Shown in pieces: positions 42,471 to 52,663 of a DNA stretch of 64,000 nt (positions within the stretch are counted from its first letter, which is position 1; the number at the start of each line of letters is the position of its first letter). A program made the position numbers and the translations under genes. Below the pieces are notes generated by a model that was given only the letters and a program-made list of their open reading frames with translations, had not been told where the DNA came from and did not search any database. The stretch spans positions 1-64,000 of IMG/VR virus record IMGVR_UViG_3300017971_000190; one strand, written 5' to 3'.

Positions 42471-44741
42471 ATGGCAACTGGAATTCCTCATCTCACTTTT
42501 GCTATTCGCCAAGCTTTAGATAGATTGGCATGGCAGCATGGTATTTATGATCAAGAATTTCTTGAAAGGATGAAATTCTGTTTTGGGCATCCTTCTTATT
42601 TTACTAACTCTTATTATGGAATTGTAGCCCAAGAAGATCCAGCTAGCAATATATCTGGGGGACCTGAGCCTTTAGTAGTTTCCACCAACGCTAGTAATCA
42701 AGACACTACTACTATTGATGTAAATCCTGGGGCCATTATTACTAAAAGTGGAAATTGGGCTGTTCTTTCTGTGCATGCTCGGCAAATAAGTCTAGCCAAT
42801 ACAAGTCCTGGAATTCCAAATGTCGTTTATATGGTCTATACACTGCAACCGGCAGATGTAACAAGAAATGACTACGAAAAACAAATAACCCCTCTTTATG
42901 CTCGTTTAGGGGATTTAGCAGCTTCAGAATTAGACAATGTTGTACTGGGGGGTTTAGAAGAATCTCAGATTTATGTAGACGATGTAGATACTTATTTAGG
43001 CTATGCTGAAGAAGCAAGCGTAGAGTATGTTCCACTTGCTATTGTTACTGTACAAGAAACTGTGGACCAGACAACCGGCTTAACTGTTACATCTTTAGTA
43101 ATCGATCACACTAGAGACAATTATACTTGGAATAGACCGTGGTTTTCAGCACAAGATGTTGAGCATAGAAGTAAACTAGGTTCTGGAACACAAACAGATA
43201 ATAATACACACGCACTTGGAATTGGAGATATTGATGACAACGGTTATACTCTCTACAAACTTTTACTTAATCATGGCATGATTAAAGCTGATGACAAAAG
43301 CGTTGCAAAAGTTCCCGGATATCGTTGTGAAGCTGCTGTTTTAACTGATCAACTTTTAACTGATGATACACAAGGAACGGTTACAGGATTTCCCTCTAAA
43401 AAATATGCAGAACTTCCTTATTTTCCTGTTAGACTTGGAAAATGTTGGATACAAAGTTCGGGTGAAGAACGAGCTGCACTTATTGTAACAGGAACAAACA
43501 AAATTGTTTTTGTAGGAGAAGATCCTCCTAGTGGAGAGACACTAAACATATATTTTACTCGGGTAGAAGCCTGTGAACCTCCCTCTGGTTCTGACGAAAT
43601 TGTTTTCTCTACTTCTAATCCAACTGATGGTGAAATGATTATTGCTGGGGGTCAAGGTAAAAATCAGTTAGCAAATACACAAGAAAGTTTTTCAGACTCT
43701 CAAAAGTTCCCTATGAGGTATCTTCTTTATGTAGACGGGGAAGCGGCTATTCGTAGAACACCTCAAGTAATTTATTGCTACAAAACTTTGGCTTCTATCG
43801 GTACACAAGATGCTCCTACTATTGACCAGTATGCTCCTGGTCATATTATGGTAGGGCTTACAAAAGCAGCTACCGTTGCTACGATGGTAATTAAAATTCA
43901 TATTTATGGTACTGATGAAAACGGAGCTTCTATTGATGAGGTAGTAGAATTCATTGGTACAAATTGGTCTGATTTTACTATTCCCTCAACAACCGTTCCT
44001 CTCAGCTCGGTTCAAGTAACTGATGCTATTTTTGCTTCTGTAACGAATATTGTAGTTGATGAAGCTACTGATGAGGGTCCAAACGCAGCTATTATGCTGT
44101 GGGTAATTAATACTCCCTATGATTCTTATGATAAAGTTAGTGATGGTTGTTTAATTTCTGACGTCATGTGGGACGGTTTGAGAATGGCAACCGTTTATGA
44201 CAAAAGAATAATTGAGACAACAGTTCGAGATTTTCAAAGTGGCGATATTGGAAAAGACGGTTTTTACTATTGGATCAATCTTCTAGCAGGAAATAAAACT
44301 ACTCTTTACGTAGAGGATTTCAAACGCCCACTTTATCACTGTTTGCAACAGACTAAAGAGTATTTAACATCAGGATTTAATGTAAACAAAAATAAATATA
44401 TGCCTTATAATAATTTCAACAAATTGCAGGTACATTTAGAAGGAATATATAGAACTAGAGCTTTACCTGTTTTTGATGGGTCATCTTCAATTTGGACAGC
44501 TTCATTTTTACCTCAGCAGAAAACAACAGGTACAAATCCTTTTGCTGCCACTCCTCCTCGTTTCCGATACAGGTTAGCCAATGGTACGTGGGGAAGTACA
44601 TGGCACTATATGAATCCTGTAGCTGGCATACCAAATACTTTTAGTTGGGAAACAATTGAGAGTGGATCTCCTGTAATACCTGTGGAAATTCAACTAGAAT
44701 TAAATCCTTTTCCTTATGTCGCCATGGTTGTATTTGGATAA
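42471..44741 (+). CDS. Putative virion structural protein (756 aa)
   Basis: Large ORF in the structural module. Confidence 0.7.
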   Translation: MATGIPHLTFAIRQALDRLAWQHGIYDQEFLERMKFCFGHPSYFTNSYYGIVAQEDPASNISGGPEPLVVSTNASNQDTTTIDVNPGAIITKSGNWAVLSVHARQISLANTSPGIPNVVYMVYTLQPADVTRNDYEKQITPLYARLGDLAASELDNVVLGGLEESQIYVDDVDTYLGYAEEASVEYVPLAIVTVQETVDQTTGLTVTSLVIDHTRDNYTWNRPWFSAQDVEHRSKLGSGTQTDNNTHALGIGDIDDNGYTLYKLLLNHGMIKADDKSVAKVPGYRCEAAVLTDQLLTDDTQGTVTGFPSKKYAELPYFPVRLGKCWIQSSGEERAALIVTGTNKIVFVGEDPPSGETLNIYFTRVEACEPPSGSDEIVFSTSNPTDGEMIIAGGQGKNQLANTQESFSDSQKFPMRYLLYVDGEAAIRRTPQVIYCYKTLASIGTQDAPTIDQYAPGHIMVGLTKAATVATMVIKIHIYGTDENGASIDEVVEFIGTNWSDFTIPSTTVPLSSVQVTDAIFASVTNIVVDEATDEGPNAAIMLWVINTPYDSYDKVSDGCLISDVMWDGLRMATVYDKRIIETTVRDFQSGDIGKDGFYYWINLLAGNKTTLYVEDFKRPLYHCLQQTKEYLTSGFNVNKNKYMPYNNFNKLQVHLEGIYRTRALPVFDGSSSIWTASFLPQQKTTGTNPFAATPPRFRYRLANGTWGSTWHYMNPVAGIPNTFSWETIESGSPVIPVEIQLELNPFPYVAMVVFG

Positions 44742-44758
44742 ACGGAGAAACTTTTAAG

Positions 44759-45682
44759 ATGCCACAAATTCGTTATTGGGATTATTTATCTCCTGTCCCT
44801 TCTGCATGGGACAATATTGTCAATCGTGTACTTAATAATGCAGGTGTGTATGAAGGTTTAGATTTAGACGTCAACAGCTCGAATCAGTTGATTGCTACCG
44901 TGGGTTTTGGTCTCCAACCTGATGGTGTAATTTGGGAAGAAACCACTGATGTAGAGATTGATTTTTCTCCTACTGTCGCTCAAGATTATACTATTGTCGC
45001 TATTCATGAAAATGAAGAAAGACCTGGAGGGGCTCCTGTTACGTATGAAGCCTTAGCAGGCATTTTTACGACTTACAACGATGCAGTTATTCTTGGTTGG
45101 GTTTACTATCCTGGAGGTGGTGTTCCTGTAACCATAGATTATATTCTTAAGGCTCCTAAAGCTCTTCCAAATGAAAGAATTATCGAAAAACAAGATTTAG
45201 CACCCATTGTTCTCATTCCTGAATTTCCTCGTAGTTACTATGATATTGGTGCTAGTGGTGTTAATACTACGTTTACTCCATTAGAGTGGACAACTGTTGG
45301 TACTTTCCTTATGTATCAAAAATGCGCTAACAGTGCAGCAGCTCCAGGCGCACAACAAATTGTTCAACATTTCCAGTTTTATAGAGACACTGCTCCGCGT
45401 CCGATCAGTTTTGATTTTTGGGTTAATATTCCAGCTGCTCCTTTGACAAATCTGACAGTTCAGATTTATGGATCTGATCAAGTACTTGTGCCCATTATTA
45501 GTGGTAGTCCTATTACTGGTACTGGAAGCTGGGAAAAGAAAACAGTGGTGGTGCATCGTTACAATGGTGTTTTTGATCAAGATGAACCCTATACTATGCG
45601 CCTTATCTTTAATCTCGGCATTGGACAGGAAATAAAATTGGGTAGGATCAAAGCAAATTTCTGGCCTTATCCAATTTTGTAG
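44759..45682 (+). CDS. Putative virion structural protein (307 aa)
   Basis: ORF in the structural module. Confidence 0.65.
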   Translation: MPQIRYWDYLSPVPSAWDNIVNRVLNNAGVYEGLDLDVNSSNQLIATVGFGLQPDGVIWEETTDVEIDFSPTVAQDYTIVAIHENEERPGGAPVTYEALAGIFTTYNDAVILGWVYYPGGGVPVTIDYILKAPKALPNERIIEKQDLAPIVLIPEFPRSYYDIGASGVNTTFTPLEWTTVGTFLMYQKCANSAAAPGAQQIVQHFQFYRDTAPRPISFDFWVNIPAAPLTNLTVQIYGSDQVLVPIISGSPITGTGSWEKKTVVVHRYNGVFDQDEPYTMRLIFNLGIGQEIKLGRIKANFWPYPIL

Positions 45683-45696
45683 CTAATTAGAAAGGT

Positions 45697-46266
45697 TTGT
45701 TGTTCCTCATGATCACTCTCGTTAAATTTATTCGCAACAAGCAAAAAGAAGACAAAAATAAATTTGTTACTCGCACTTTGGGAAAAGTGGGAGTAATCCA
45801 TAGTACTATTTATCATGCTATGGAAGAAAAACCCAAGAATGATGAATTTTGGTATGTAGAAATTTTAGATGAAGTTGGAAAAGGGCTAGCTACAGGCTGT
45901 TTTATTCTTCGTCCTATTAAACGTGTCTCTACTGTTGACAGGTTTGGACGAAAAGTGCCAGATATTGTAAGATTAATTCCTGGAACATATGATACTGAAC
46001 GGAGAGGAAATACTATTTATGTCTATCCTAGACAAGTTTTAAATAAAGAATTAACTGGACCACACTGGATTTTAGATGTAAGCACTAAAACTCACCTCGC
46101 AAGCCTGCATAAAGAAAGAGAAGCTGATTCTACCAAGTATAATATTAATAGCATGGTAGTAGTTTTTGATGAACCTTACCTTCCTATTGTTGCTAAAAAA
46201 GATGAGCCAATTTTAGATATTGAAGACGTAGACGAGGAAGAAAATATTGATTTTGGAGAACCGTGA
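45697..46266 (+). CDS. Hypothetical protein
   Basis: 189-aa ORF, acidic tail. Confidence 0.7.
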   Translation: MLFLMITLVKFIRNKQKEDKNKFVTRTLGKVGVIHSTIYHAMEEKPKNDEFWYVEILDEVGKGLATGCFILRPIKRVSTVDRFGRKVPDIVRLIPGTYDTERRGNTIYVYPRQVLNKELTGPHWILDVSTKTHLASLHKEREADSTKYNINSMVVVFDEPYLPIVAKKDEPILDIEDVDEEENIDFGEP

Positions 46267-46682
46267 CAATCATGCGTCATATTAAAGGAGTTCACCTCAT
46301 TATTGACGGTTATGTTGGCTGTGAAGACGTTTTTTCACAGCCTTTTATTTTTGATTTAATTTATAGACTAGTAGATAATTTAGAAATGAAAATATTGACT
46401 GAGCCACTTTGTAAAGAGGTTCCAGTTGATTGGGACAAATTAAATAGTGAAAATGATGAGGGTGGTACATCCTATTTTTGCATGATTACTACATCTCACA
46501 TTTCTCTCCATATTTGGCCCCTTCGAAAAGCATTTATGATGGATATTTTTTCTTGTGTTCCTTTCGAGGTTGAGTTAGCAAAAAATTTGGTAATTGACTC
46601 TTTAGGAGTAACCGAGTATACTAAAAATGTTCTGTTCAGAACTGATCCTCGCATGGAAGAAAAATTAATCAGCCAAAGGTAA
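46263..46682 (+). CDS. speD: S-adenosylmethionine decarboxylase-family proenzyme
   Basis: G.HLIIDGY..GG.S..MITTSHISLHIWP..MDIFSC. Confidence 0.8.
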   Translation: MTIMRHIKGVHLIIDGYVGCEDVFSQPFIFDLIYRLVDNLEMKILTEPLCKEVPVDWDKLNSENDEGGTSYFCMITTSHISLHIWPLRKAFMMDIFSCVPFEVELAKNLVIDSLGVTEYTKNVLFRTDPRMEEKLISQR

Positions 46683-46689
46683 AAGTAGT

Positions 46690-47073
46690 ATGAGCCGCTG
46701 TTGTTGTGGACGAGGGAGACCTTCCCGTGTGGCAGGTGGCCCCCCAGTTTGTAAAGCTCTAGAAGAGAGTGGAAGTTCCTTTTTGGTGTGGCCTATACGT
46801 ACTGGTTCAGGCTTACACTTGGCTGTGAAATTACCCGTTGGAAAACAAATCAAACAGGTGGATCTTTTTTCATTTTTGACCAGTGTAAATTGCAATGGTC
46901 CTACAGCAACTTGGTTGAAAAGAGAAATTTCTTTTATTCAAAATGCTGTGCAGAAAAAAGAAGAATTGTTTTATGGGTACACGTCATCAGGAATATCCGT
47001 CAATAAATTAGTGCAAATCTCTAGGAGAGCTACACGTGACCAAGAAAAATTACCAACTAACTCCTCTCGGTAA
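46690..47073 (+). CDS. Hypothetical protein
   Basis: 127-aa ORF. Confidence 0.55.
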   Translation: MSRCCCGRGRPSRVAGGPPVCKALEESGSSFLVWPIRTGSGLHLAVKLPVGKQIKQVDLFSFLTSVNCNGPTATWLKREISFIQNAVQKKEELFYGYTSSGISVNKLVQISRRATRDQEKLPTNSSR

Positions 47074-50071
47074 GCGCTGCAAAGGGTGCCCTCTTCAACC
47101 CAAAAACCTCACACAGGTTGCTACTGAAACACATGGGGGTAAAACCCGCATTCTTTTAATTGCGGAAGCTCCTGGTAGAACTGAAGACCAAACGGGTAGG
47201 CCAGTAACAGGTGTAACAGGTCAAATAGAACGACGAGTAATTAAACAATTAAATGGGGGAACAGAAAAAGGAATTGCTTACGCAAATATTGTTCGTTGTC
47301 GTCCTACCAAACGAGAAAAAAATAAAAAAACAGGAAAAAGTTTTCTTAAAGACAGACCGCCTATTGATGAAGAAATACGCTGCTGCAAAAAATATTTATT
47401 AAAAGATATTGAACGTATTAATCCTCAGTATATAGTTCTAGTGGGTTCTATAGCAGCTCATATTTTAGCCTGCAAACCTGAATCTAAAGATGTTGTGGGG
47501 AGTGATTTATCAATATCACAATTGCGTGGTCTAGATTATGTAGTTCATACTCCTTCCGGAAAAACTTATCCGGCAACAGTTACTTTTCATTTTTCAAATG
47601 TTAGCCGCAATCCTCAAAGAGGAGGAGTATTTAAAGAAGATATTCAAAAAGCTTTTATTAGAACAGATCCGAAAGCCAAGGATTACAGTAAGCGTGGTAA
47701 AGAGACAATTATCCTAGATACGGTTCCGAAAGTCAAGAAACTTTTACACAAGCTTCAGCACAAACTGACAAAAAAACATATTGTAGCACTAGACTATGAA
47801 ACTGCAGGCTTAGAACGGATAGATCCTACTCTTCTTACTATTGGATTTGCTTACAGTCCCAATAAATCTTATGTAATCCCTTATGAACACAAGGATACGC
47901 CATTTACCGGAAAAGAAATTAGACAAGTTAGAAAATTACTTCAGAAATTATTCAAAGGTCCGGTTAGTTTTGGAGCCTTGGTTGCTCACAATTTGAAATT
48001 CGAGGCAGCAATTACTAAGGAAGTATTTGGAGTTAGTTTACTCAATGTTCCGACTGAGTGTACACTGCTTAGAAGTCATAGTATTAATGAAAATAGAACT
48101 GTGCTTGGCAAAGAGCCTTTTTCTCTGAAAACTCTTGATAAAGAATGGTTAAGTTTTTATCATTATGAAGATCCAGATATTGCCCCCATTGTAGACCTAC
48201 GTAATTTGGGGCGATTATCAGAAGCTCCTCTTTATGAATTGTGTCAGTACAATGGAATGGATTGTTATGTAGAATGGAGACTTTACCGCTACCAAAATTA
48301 CCGAGCCAGAAAAGAAAATTACGTTAAAACACTTCGTAGACTTCACCGAACTCTTAAAGGACCGGCTTCTGTTTTTGCTGCCCAACTTGAGCGAAATGGT
48401 ATTAGAGTAAATAAACCTCAGATTAGATTTTTAAGAGGAGAGGAATCTCCAATTTTAACACGCATTGCTGAAATCGAAGAGGAACTTTATGGGTTTGAAA
48501 GTTGTATAAAAGCCAATGAGTTACTTCTAGAAGAGGAGAGTAGGGTCCGTGGTATGCGCCCTATTTTCAAAGCTCCATGGGTTTTTAAGCTTAGTAAACC
48601 CAGGGCTAAGGAAATACTTTATCTAGATGTTCTCAAATTAAAACCTGTTTCTCACACAACTAAAGGTAGACCTCAAATAAATAAGCCCTTTTATGAAGAA
48701 TATGTGGGAGTACCTGAAATAGATTTACTTGCAGAATGGTCTGGTTTAGAACAAATTAGAGGAACCTATGTAGAAGGTCTTTATAAACGACTACAAAACG
48801 ATCCAGACATGAGGGATGGAAGAGTACGGGGAAATTTGGTTTTAGGAACTGCTAAAACAGGCAGAACCAGTTTTCAAAATCCAAACATGCAAAATATTCC
48901 TAAAGGGAAGACAGAGCATGCCAAAGGAATTAAACGTCTTTATGTAGCAGCTCCTGGTAGACTGCTAATGTGTATGGACTATAGTCAAGCTGAAGTACGT
49001 TGGATGGCTCAAATTGCTAACGATAGTGGACTCATTAGGGCATTTGGCCAAGTTCAAGAGGTTGTAGACGATTTTCTTAAAAATCCTACAAAAGAAAATG
49101 CAATCAGGCTAGCTACAGAAGGGGATTTTCATAAAAGAACTGCAAGTCAGGCATTTGAAATTCCACTCCTAGAGGTGGGTAAAAATGAACGTAATGCTGC
49201 GAAAAGCATTATGTTTGGTAATATTTATGGACGTGGAGATCAAGCTTTAGCAACTGCACTGGGAAAAACAATTCAGGAAGCCAGAGACTTTAAAAAGAGA
49301 TTCTTTAATCAATTTCCAGAAGCTTCTCAGTGGTTAAAAGATATTGAGTTACAAGGTTATAAAGACGGTTATGTAGAAAGTCCTATTGGACAACGAAGAC
49401 ACCTTATTACTAGTTTTCTGTTAGATGAAAAATTTGAAGACCGTGTAGAAACATACGAAAAAGAAAAAAGAAAAGTAGAAAAATTAAGGTCTAAAGGCCG
49501 TAGAATTTACGCTAAAAGGATACTAAAAGAGGGTGATAGAGACTGGCTGGGTTTTCGAGGATACGAACGTAGAATCAGTAGAAATAGCCCCATTCAAAGT
49601 GTAGCAAGTGATACAAATCTTTTAGCTTGTGTCGAAATTAGTCGCTATATTGAGAAAAATAAAAAAGAATGGTGGCTTTGTAATGTAGTTCATGATAGTA
49701 TTATTGCCGACGTTCCGTTTGAAGATGCTGAAGAATATACAGAAGTAGCTCAAAGTATTATGGAAAGTGGATATTTGTTTAAACCTTTTGGTTTCACTCC
49801 AGATGTAAAATTCGTTTCAGATGTGAGTGTGGGTGTTAATTGGGGTGATCAATACGACGTCAGCCCCGTCAAAACATGGGATTTAGAGTGTCCACGTTGC
49901 AAACGACGAGCGGAGAAAAAAGATAAAAAGTACAAAACTAAAGAAGTTTATATCAAACGGCCTAAAAAATGTCCAGATTGTGGTAGTAAAAAGCACAAGT
50001 GTACCTTCACAGCTGGACCTTTACCTTTTATTCTCAAACGGTTAGATAGAGAACACGGATTTACCAGTTGA
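47036..50071 (+). CDS. polA: Family A DNA polymerase with N-terminal family-4 UDG-like domain, 3'-5' exonuclease and C-terminal Zn finger
   Basis: UDG: CxxC, AEAPG..ED, NIVRCRP; Exo: DYET, HNLKFE, YNGMD; Pol: DYSQAEVR, RNAAKSIMFGNIYG, VHDS. Confidence 0.93.
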   Translation: MTKKNYQLTPLGKRCKGCPLQPKNLTQVATETHGGKTRILLIAEAPGRTEDQTGRPVTGVTGQIERRVIKQLNGGTEKGIAYANIVRCRPTKREKNKKTGKSFLKDRPPIDEEIRCCKKYLLKDIERINPQYIVLVGSIAAHILACKPESKDVVGSDLSISQLRGLDYVVHTPSGKTYPATVTFHFSNVSRNPQRGGVFKEDIQKAFIRTDPKAKDYSKRGKETIILDTVPKVKKLLHKLQHKLTKKHIVALDYETAGLERIDPTLLTIGFAYSPNKSYVIPYEHKDTPFTGKEIRQVRKLLQKLFKGPVSFGALVAHNLKFEAAITKEVFGVSLLNVPTECTLLRSHSINENRTVLGKEPFSLKTLDKEWLSFYHYEDPDIAPIVDLRNLGRLSEAPLYELCQYNGMDCYVEWRLYRYQNYRARKENYVKTLRRLHRTLKGPASVFAAQLERNGIRVNKPQIRFLRGEESPILTRIAEIEEELYGFESCIKANELLLEEESRVRGMRPIFKAPWVFKLSKPRAKEILYLDVLKLKPVSHTTKGRPQINKPFYEEYVGVPEIDLLAEWSGLEQIRGTYVEGLYKRLQNDPDMRDGRVRGNLVLGTAKTGRTSFQNPNMQNIPKGKTEHAKGIKRLYVAAPGRLLMCMDYSQAEVRWMAQIANDSGLIRAFGQVQEVVDDFLKNPTKENAIRLATEGDFHKRTASQAFEIPLLEVGKNERNAAKSIMFGNIYGRGDQALATALGKTIQEARDFKKRFFNQFPEASQWLKDIELQGYKDGYVESPIGQRRHLITSFLLDEKFEDRVETYEKEKRKVEKLRSKGRRIYAKRILKEGDRDWLGFRGYERRISRNSPIQSVASDTNLLACVEISRYIEKNKKEWWLCNVVHDSIIADVPFEDAEEYTEVAQSIMESGYLFKPFGFTPDVKFVSDVSVGVNWGDQYDVSPVKTWDLECPRCKRRAEKKDKKYKTKEVYIKRPKKCPDCGSKKHKCTFTAGPLPFILKRLDREHGFTS

Positions 50072-50096
50072 CAAAAGTAGCACCTTGTGATAAAGT
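50068..50096 (+). promoter_or_regulatory. Sigma70-like promoter
   Basis: TTGACA-17-TAAAGT with TGTG. Confidence 0.6.
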
Positions 50097-50151
50097 GAGG
50101 TGTTCAAATGGATAAATGCGAAGAAAAACAAGTAGTTAAGGAAAAACAAGA

Positions 50152-50370
50152 ATGCCTAAGTTTTGCAAAAGACCTACAATAATTGAGGCAGTTCGTTTAA
50201 CTGAAAGAGTCACCATAAAAACTCTTGAAGGGACTATGATAGGGGAGGTTGGAGATTGGCTTATCACTGGAGTAAGAGGTGAGCAATATCCTTGTAAAGA
50301 TGACATCTTTCGTGAAACTTACGAACCGGTTGATGCTGAAGCAGAAAGGTTATGGTATAAGAAATGTTAA
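50152..50370 (+). CDS. Conserved phage protein (TLEG.M..GDW.I.G..GE.YPCK..IF..TY family)
   Basis: Recognisable motif. Confidence 0.8.
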   Translation: MPKFCKRPTIIEAVRLTERVTIKTLEGTMIGEVGDWLITGVRGEQYPCKDDIFRETYEPVDAEAERLWYKKC

Positions 50371-50594
50371 GTAAGGGTAAATGTAATTTATGGCTACAAC
50401 CTTCCAATATCCCTAAAAAGAAAACCATTTATTTTCTCGAAGATTTTTCTAAACATTGGGGCAACCATCTTCCCTTTAAACCACAGAAAAATACTGTAGA
50501 AAGTACATTGGAGTTTAGAAGAAGCTGGATTTGGCCTCCTCACTACAAGCATGTCAGACCAATCCCGATTAGTCTGAGAAAGGTAATTTACTAA
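50364..50594 (+). CDS. Hypothetical protein
   Basis: ORF. Confidence 0.45.
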   Translation: MLSKGKCNLWLQPSNIPKKKTIYFLEDFSKHWGNHLPFKPQKNTVESTLEFRRSWIWPPHYKHVRPIPISLRKVIY

Positions 50595-50596
50595 CC

Positions 50597-51394
50597 ATGA
50601 AAACTGTAATGAGCCATCCAATTCCTCATAATCTTGAAGAGTGTTTCGCTCAGCTCGAAACAATGTTCGAGGACGAAGAACAAAAAGAGCGATTTAAAGA
50701 GCCGGACAGAAAAGGTAAATGCTCAGCTTACAAGTATCATCATGGTGTTGGTAGATGGATTAGAAATAACTGGGGATTTTGGAAAAAAGAAGGACCACTT
50801 TACGATTGGATGGTAAGCATTGGTCTTCATCATGCAGATGACATGAGTGGTTTGATTCTAGACGCTTTTTGGTACCATCTTAACGGTTGTGCTTTTTCAG
50901 TAGAGGAAAAGGTTAATCATTATCGTGAGTACTGGAAAAATATGGAGGAGCTTGACGTACCAGGTGGAACTGCTCTAAACTACACACCTGAAGCAACAGT
51001 TAGAACTTCAAAAGTTACATTCTCCACCAAGAAAAATTTTCGTGTTAAAGAAACACATGGTACTAGAGTTATAGCTAAAGAACGTATTAGACAAATTTAC
51101 GATGAAGGTTTTACTACCGAACACGACATTCAAAATCACCCCAACGAAGAGCTACTGAAAGCTGCTATTTGCTATGCTGTTGCTGGTTTGAAAACCCCCT
51201 TTGATTTACCTGATGATCTTTGGCCTTTTGACAAAAGTTGGGATAAGCGAGACAAAAATCCTTCCATCCGAAATTTAGAATTGGCTGGCGCTCTCATTGC
51301 TGCTGAAATTGATAGACGCCACACTACTTATATTGACGAAAGTTGTAGCGAAGAACAGGAGATTAGTTGTGAGGAAGAGTCTAAAATTAAGTAA
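50597..51394 (+). CDS. Two-domain protein: DUF6794-like N-terminus + conserved phage ER.RQI..EG..HD..L..AA.CYA..WP..AGALIAAEIDR domain
   Basis: HHGVGRWIRNNWG..HADDMS..IL motif and the C-terminal motif. Confidence 0.75.
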   Translation: MKTVMSHPIPHNLEECFAQLETMFEDEEQKERFKEPDRKGKCSAYKYHHGVGRWIRNNWGFWKKEGPLYDWMVSIGLHHADDMSGLILDAFWYHLNGCAFSVEEKVNHYREYWKNMEELDVPGGTALNYTPEATVRTSKVTFSTKKNFRVKETHGTRVIAKERIRQIYDEGFTTEHDIQNHPNEELLKAAICYAVAGLKTPFDLPDDLWPFDKSWDKRDKNPSIRNLELAGALIAAEIDRRHTTYIDESCSEEQEISCEEESKIK

Positions 51395-51770
51395 ACAACA
51401 AAAAGAAAACATTACTAACCTTTATGGGCAATTTAAAACACTAGAAGATGAGTACGTAAAAAGCAAGAACGTGCTAGAACGAGAGTTTGATAAACTTGTT
51501 GCTTCCATACTTGAAAATCATTTACCTCTTCGAACTAAATTTAAAAGTACACGATATGATGATGATCCAACTGCTACTTATGTGGTTCTGCGTCATTTTA
51601 TTCCTATTTATCTTAAAAATAAGAACTGGTTTTCTAATTTACCTAAGAGGTATTTAGAAGCAAACGCCGCTTTTAAATACAAAAAGCTGGACAAACGAGG
51701 TCATCCTAATGGCCTCACGAAACAAATGGAGTTGCGAGATTTTAAAAAGCTTTGCAAGATTGTGGAGTAG
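51369..51770 (+). CDS. Hypothetical protein, paralog 1 of 3
   Basis: Shared coiled coil, P.GTKF, LD..G.PNG..F.K.C.IV. Confidence 0.65.
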   Translation: MRKSLKLSKQQKENITNLYGQFKTLEDEYVKSKNVLEREFDKLVASILENHLPLRTKFKSTRYDDDPTATYVVLRHFIPIYLKNKNWFSNLPKRYLEANAAFKYKKLDKRGHPNGLTKQMELRDFKKLCKIVE

Positions 51771-52168
51771 CCACCATGCAAATTAAGAATGTAAAATTTA
51801 GCCATTTACTTGGTTTGCGAGATAAACTCAGACAGTTAAGAATTGATTTTAGAAAAGAAGAACGTAAATTAGATGATGAGTTTCAAAGAACAGCTAAAAA
51901 GATTGTTCAAGAAAAAGTGCCAGTAGGGACTAAATTTAAATTCAAAGAACGTTCTTATAATTCTTTCGAAGTTACAGAAATTCTACGGGTAGAAGGAGAT
52001 CTGTTTCATGATACGCTTACTGTTGAAGAATTTTTAACTAGACATGTTATTCTTACTTATCGTATGCTTGACTCAGAAGGTAATCATGTTCAAGGGACTA
52101 ATCTAATCAATCTACAACAATTTTTTGGCAAATGTGAGATTGTGGGAAGCGGAACAACTTCAAATTAA
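51752..52168 (+). CDS. Hypothetical protein, paralog 2 of 3
   Basis: As above. Confidence 0.65.
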   Translation: MQDCGVATMQIKNVKFSHLLGLRDKLRQLRIDFRKEERKLDDEFQRTAKKIVQEKVPVGTKFKFKERSYNSFEVTEILRVEGDLFHDTLTVEEFLTRHVILTYRMLDSEGNHVQGTNLINLQQFFGKCEIVGSGTTSN

Positions 52169-52196
52169 GACACCCACCAGATTGTGAGGTAAAAAC

Positions 52197-52625
52197 ATGA
52201 AAAAGATTAGATATCGGAAACTGACTAAGAAACAAAAAGAAGAACTCAGATCCAAAATAGAAGTGTTAGAAAACTTTGAGAAGGAATACAGAGCAAAACG
52301 ACATCAACTCGCTAAAAACTGTGGTCACATTTTAAATCAGATAGTTGGTGCAGGTACAGTTCCTGTAGGTACGCATTTTAGAAAGGACTTTAAATTCTCT
52401 AAAAAAGAGTCAAACAAAATACGTATTGTAACTAGTTTAAATATAAGTCTTAGTAGTAGTAGTAATTACATTGCAACAGTAAAGCATATAATTGAAACCG
52501 GTAAGTATAATCCTGAAAATGTTTACGTTATTTTTAAAACCTTGGATAGGTTGGGTCGCCCCAATGGTTCTGAAAAGTCAGTTCGTTGGCATCTTTTTAA
52601 AAGATGGTGTGAAATTGTAAAGTAG
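52197..52625 (+). CDS. Hypothetical protein, paralog 3 of 3
   Basis: As above. Confidence 0.7.
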   Translation: MKKIRYRKLTKKQKEELRSKIEVLENFEKEYRAKRHQLAKNCGHILNQIVGAGTVPVGTHFRKDFKFSKKESNKIRIVTSLNISLSSSSNYIATVKHIIETGKYNPENVYVIFKTLDRLGRPNGSEKSVRWHLFKRWCEIVK

Positions 52626-52663
52626 CTCCCACCACTTCTTGTAGGAAAGGCAAAATTCTCCCC

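Noticed and set aside
49420-49570. Intein in DNA polymerase
   Set aside because: The ~45-aa basic insertion lacks C/S..HN splice motifs
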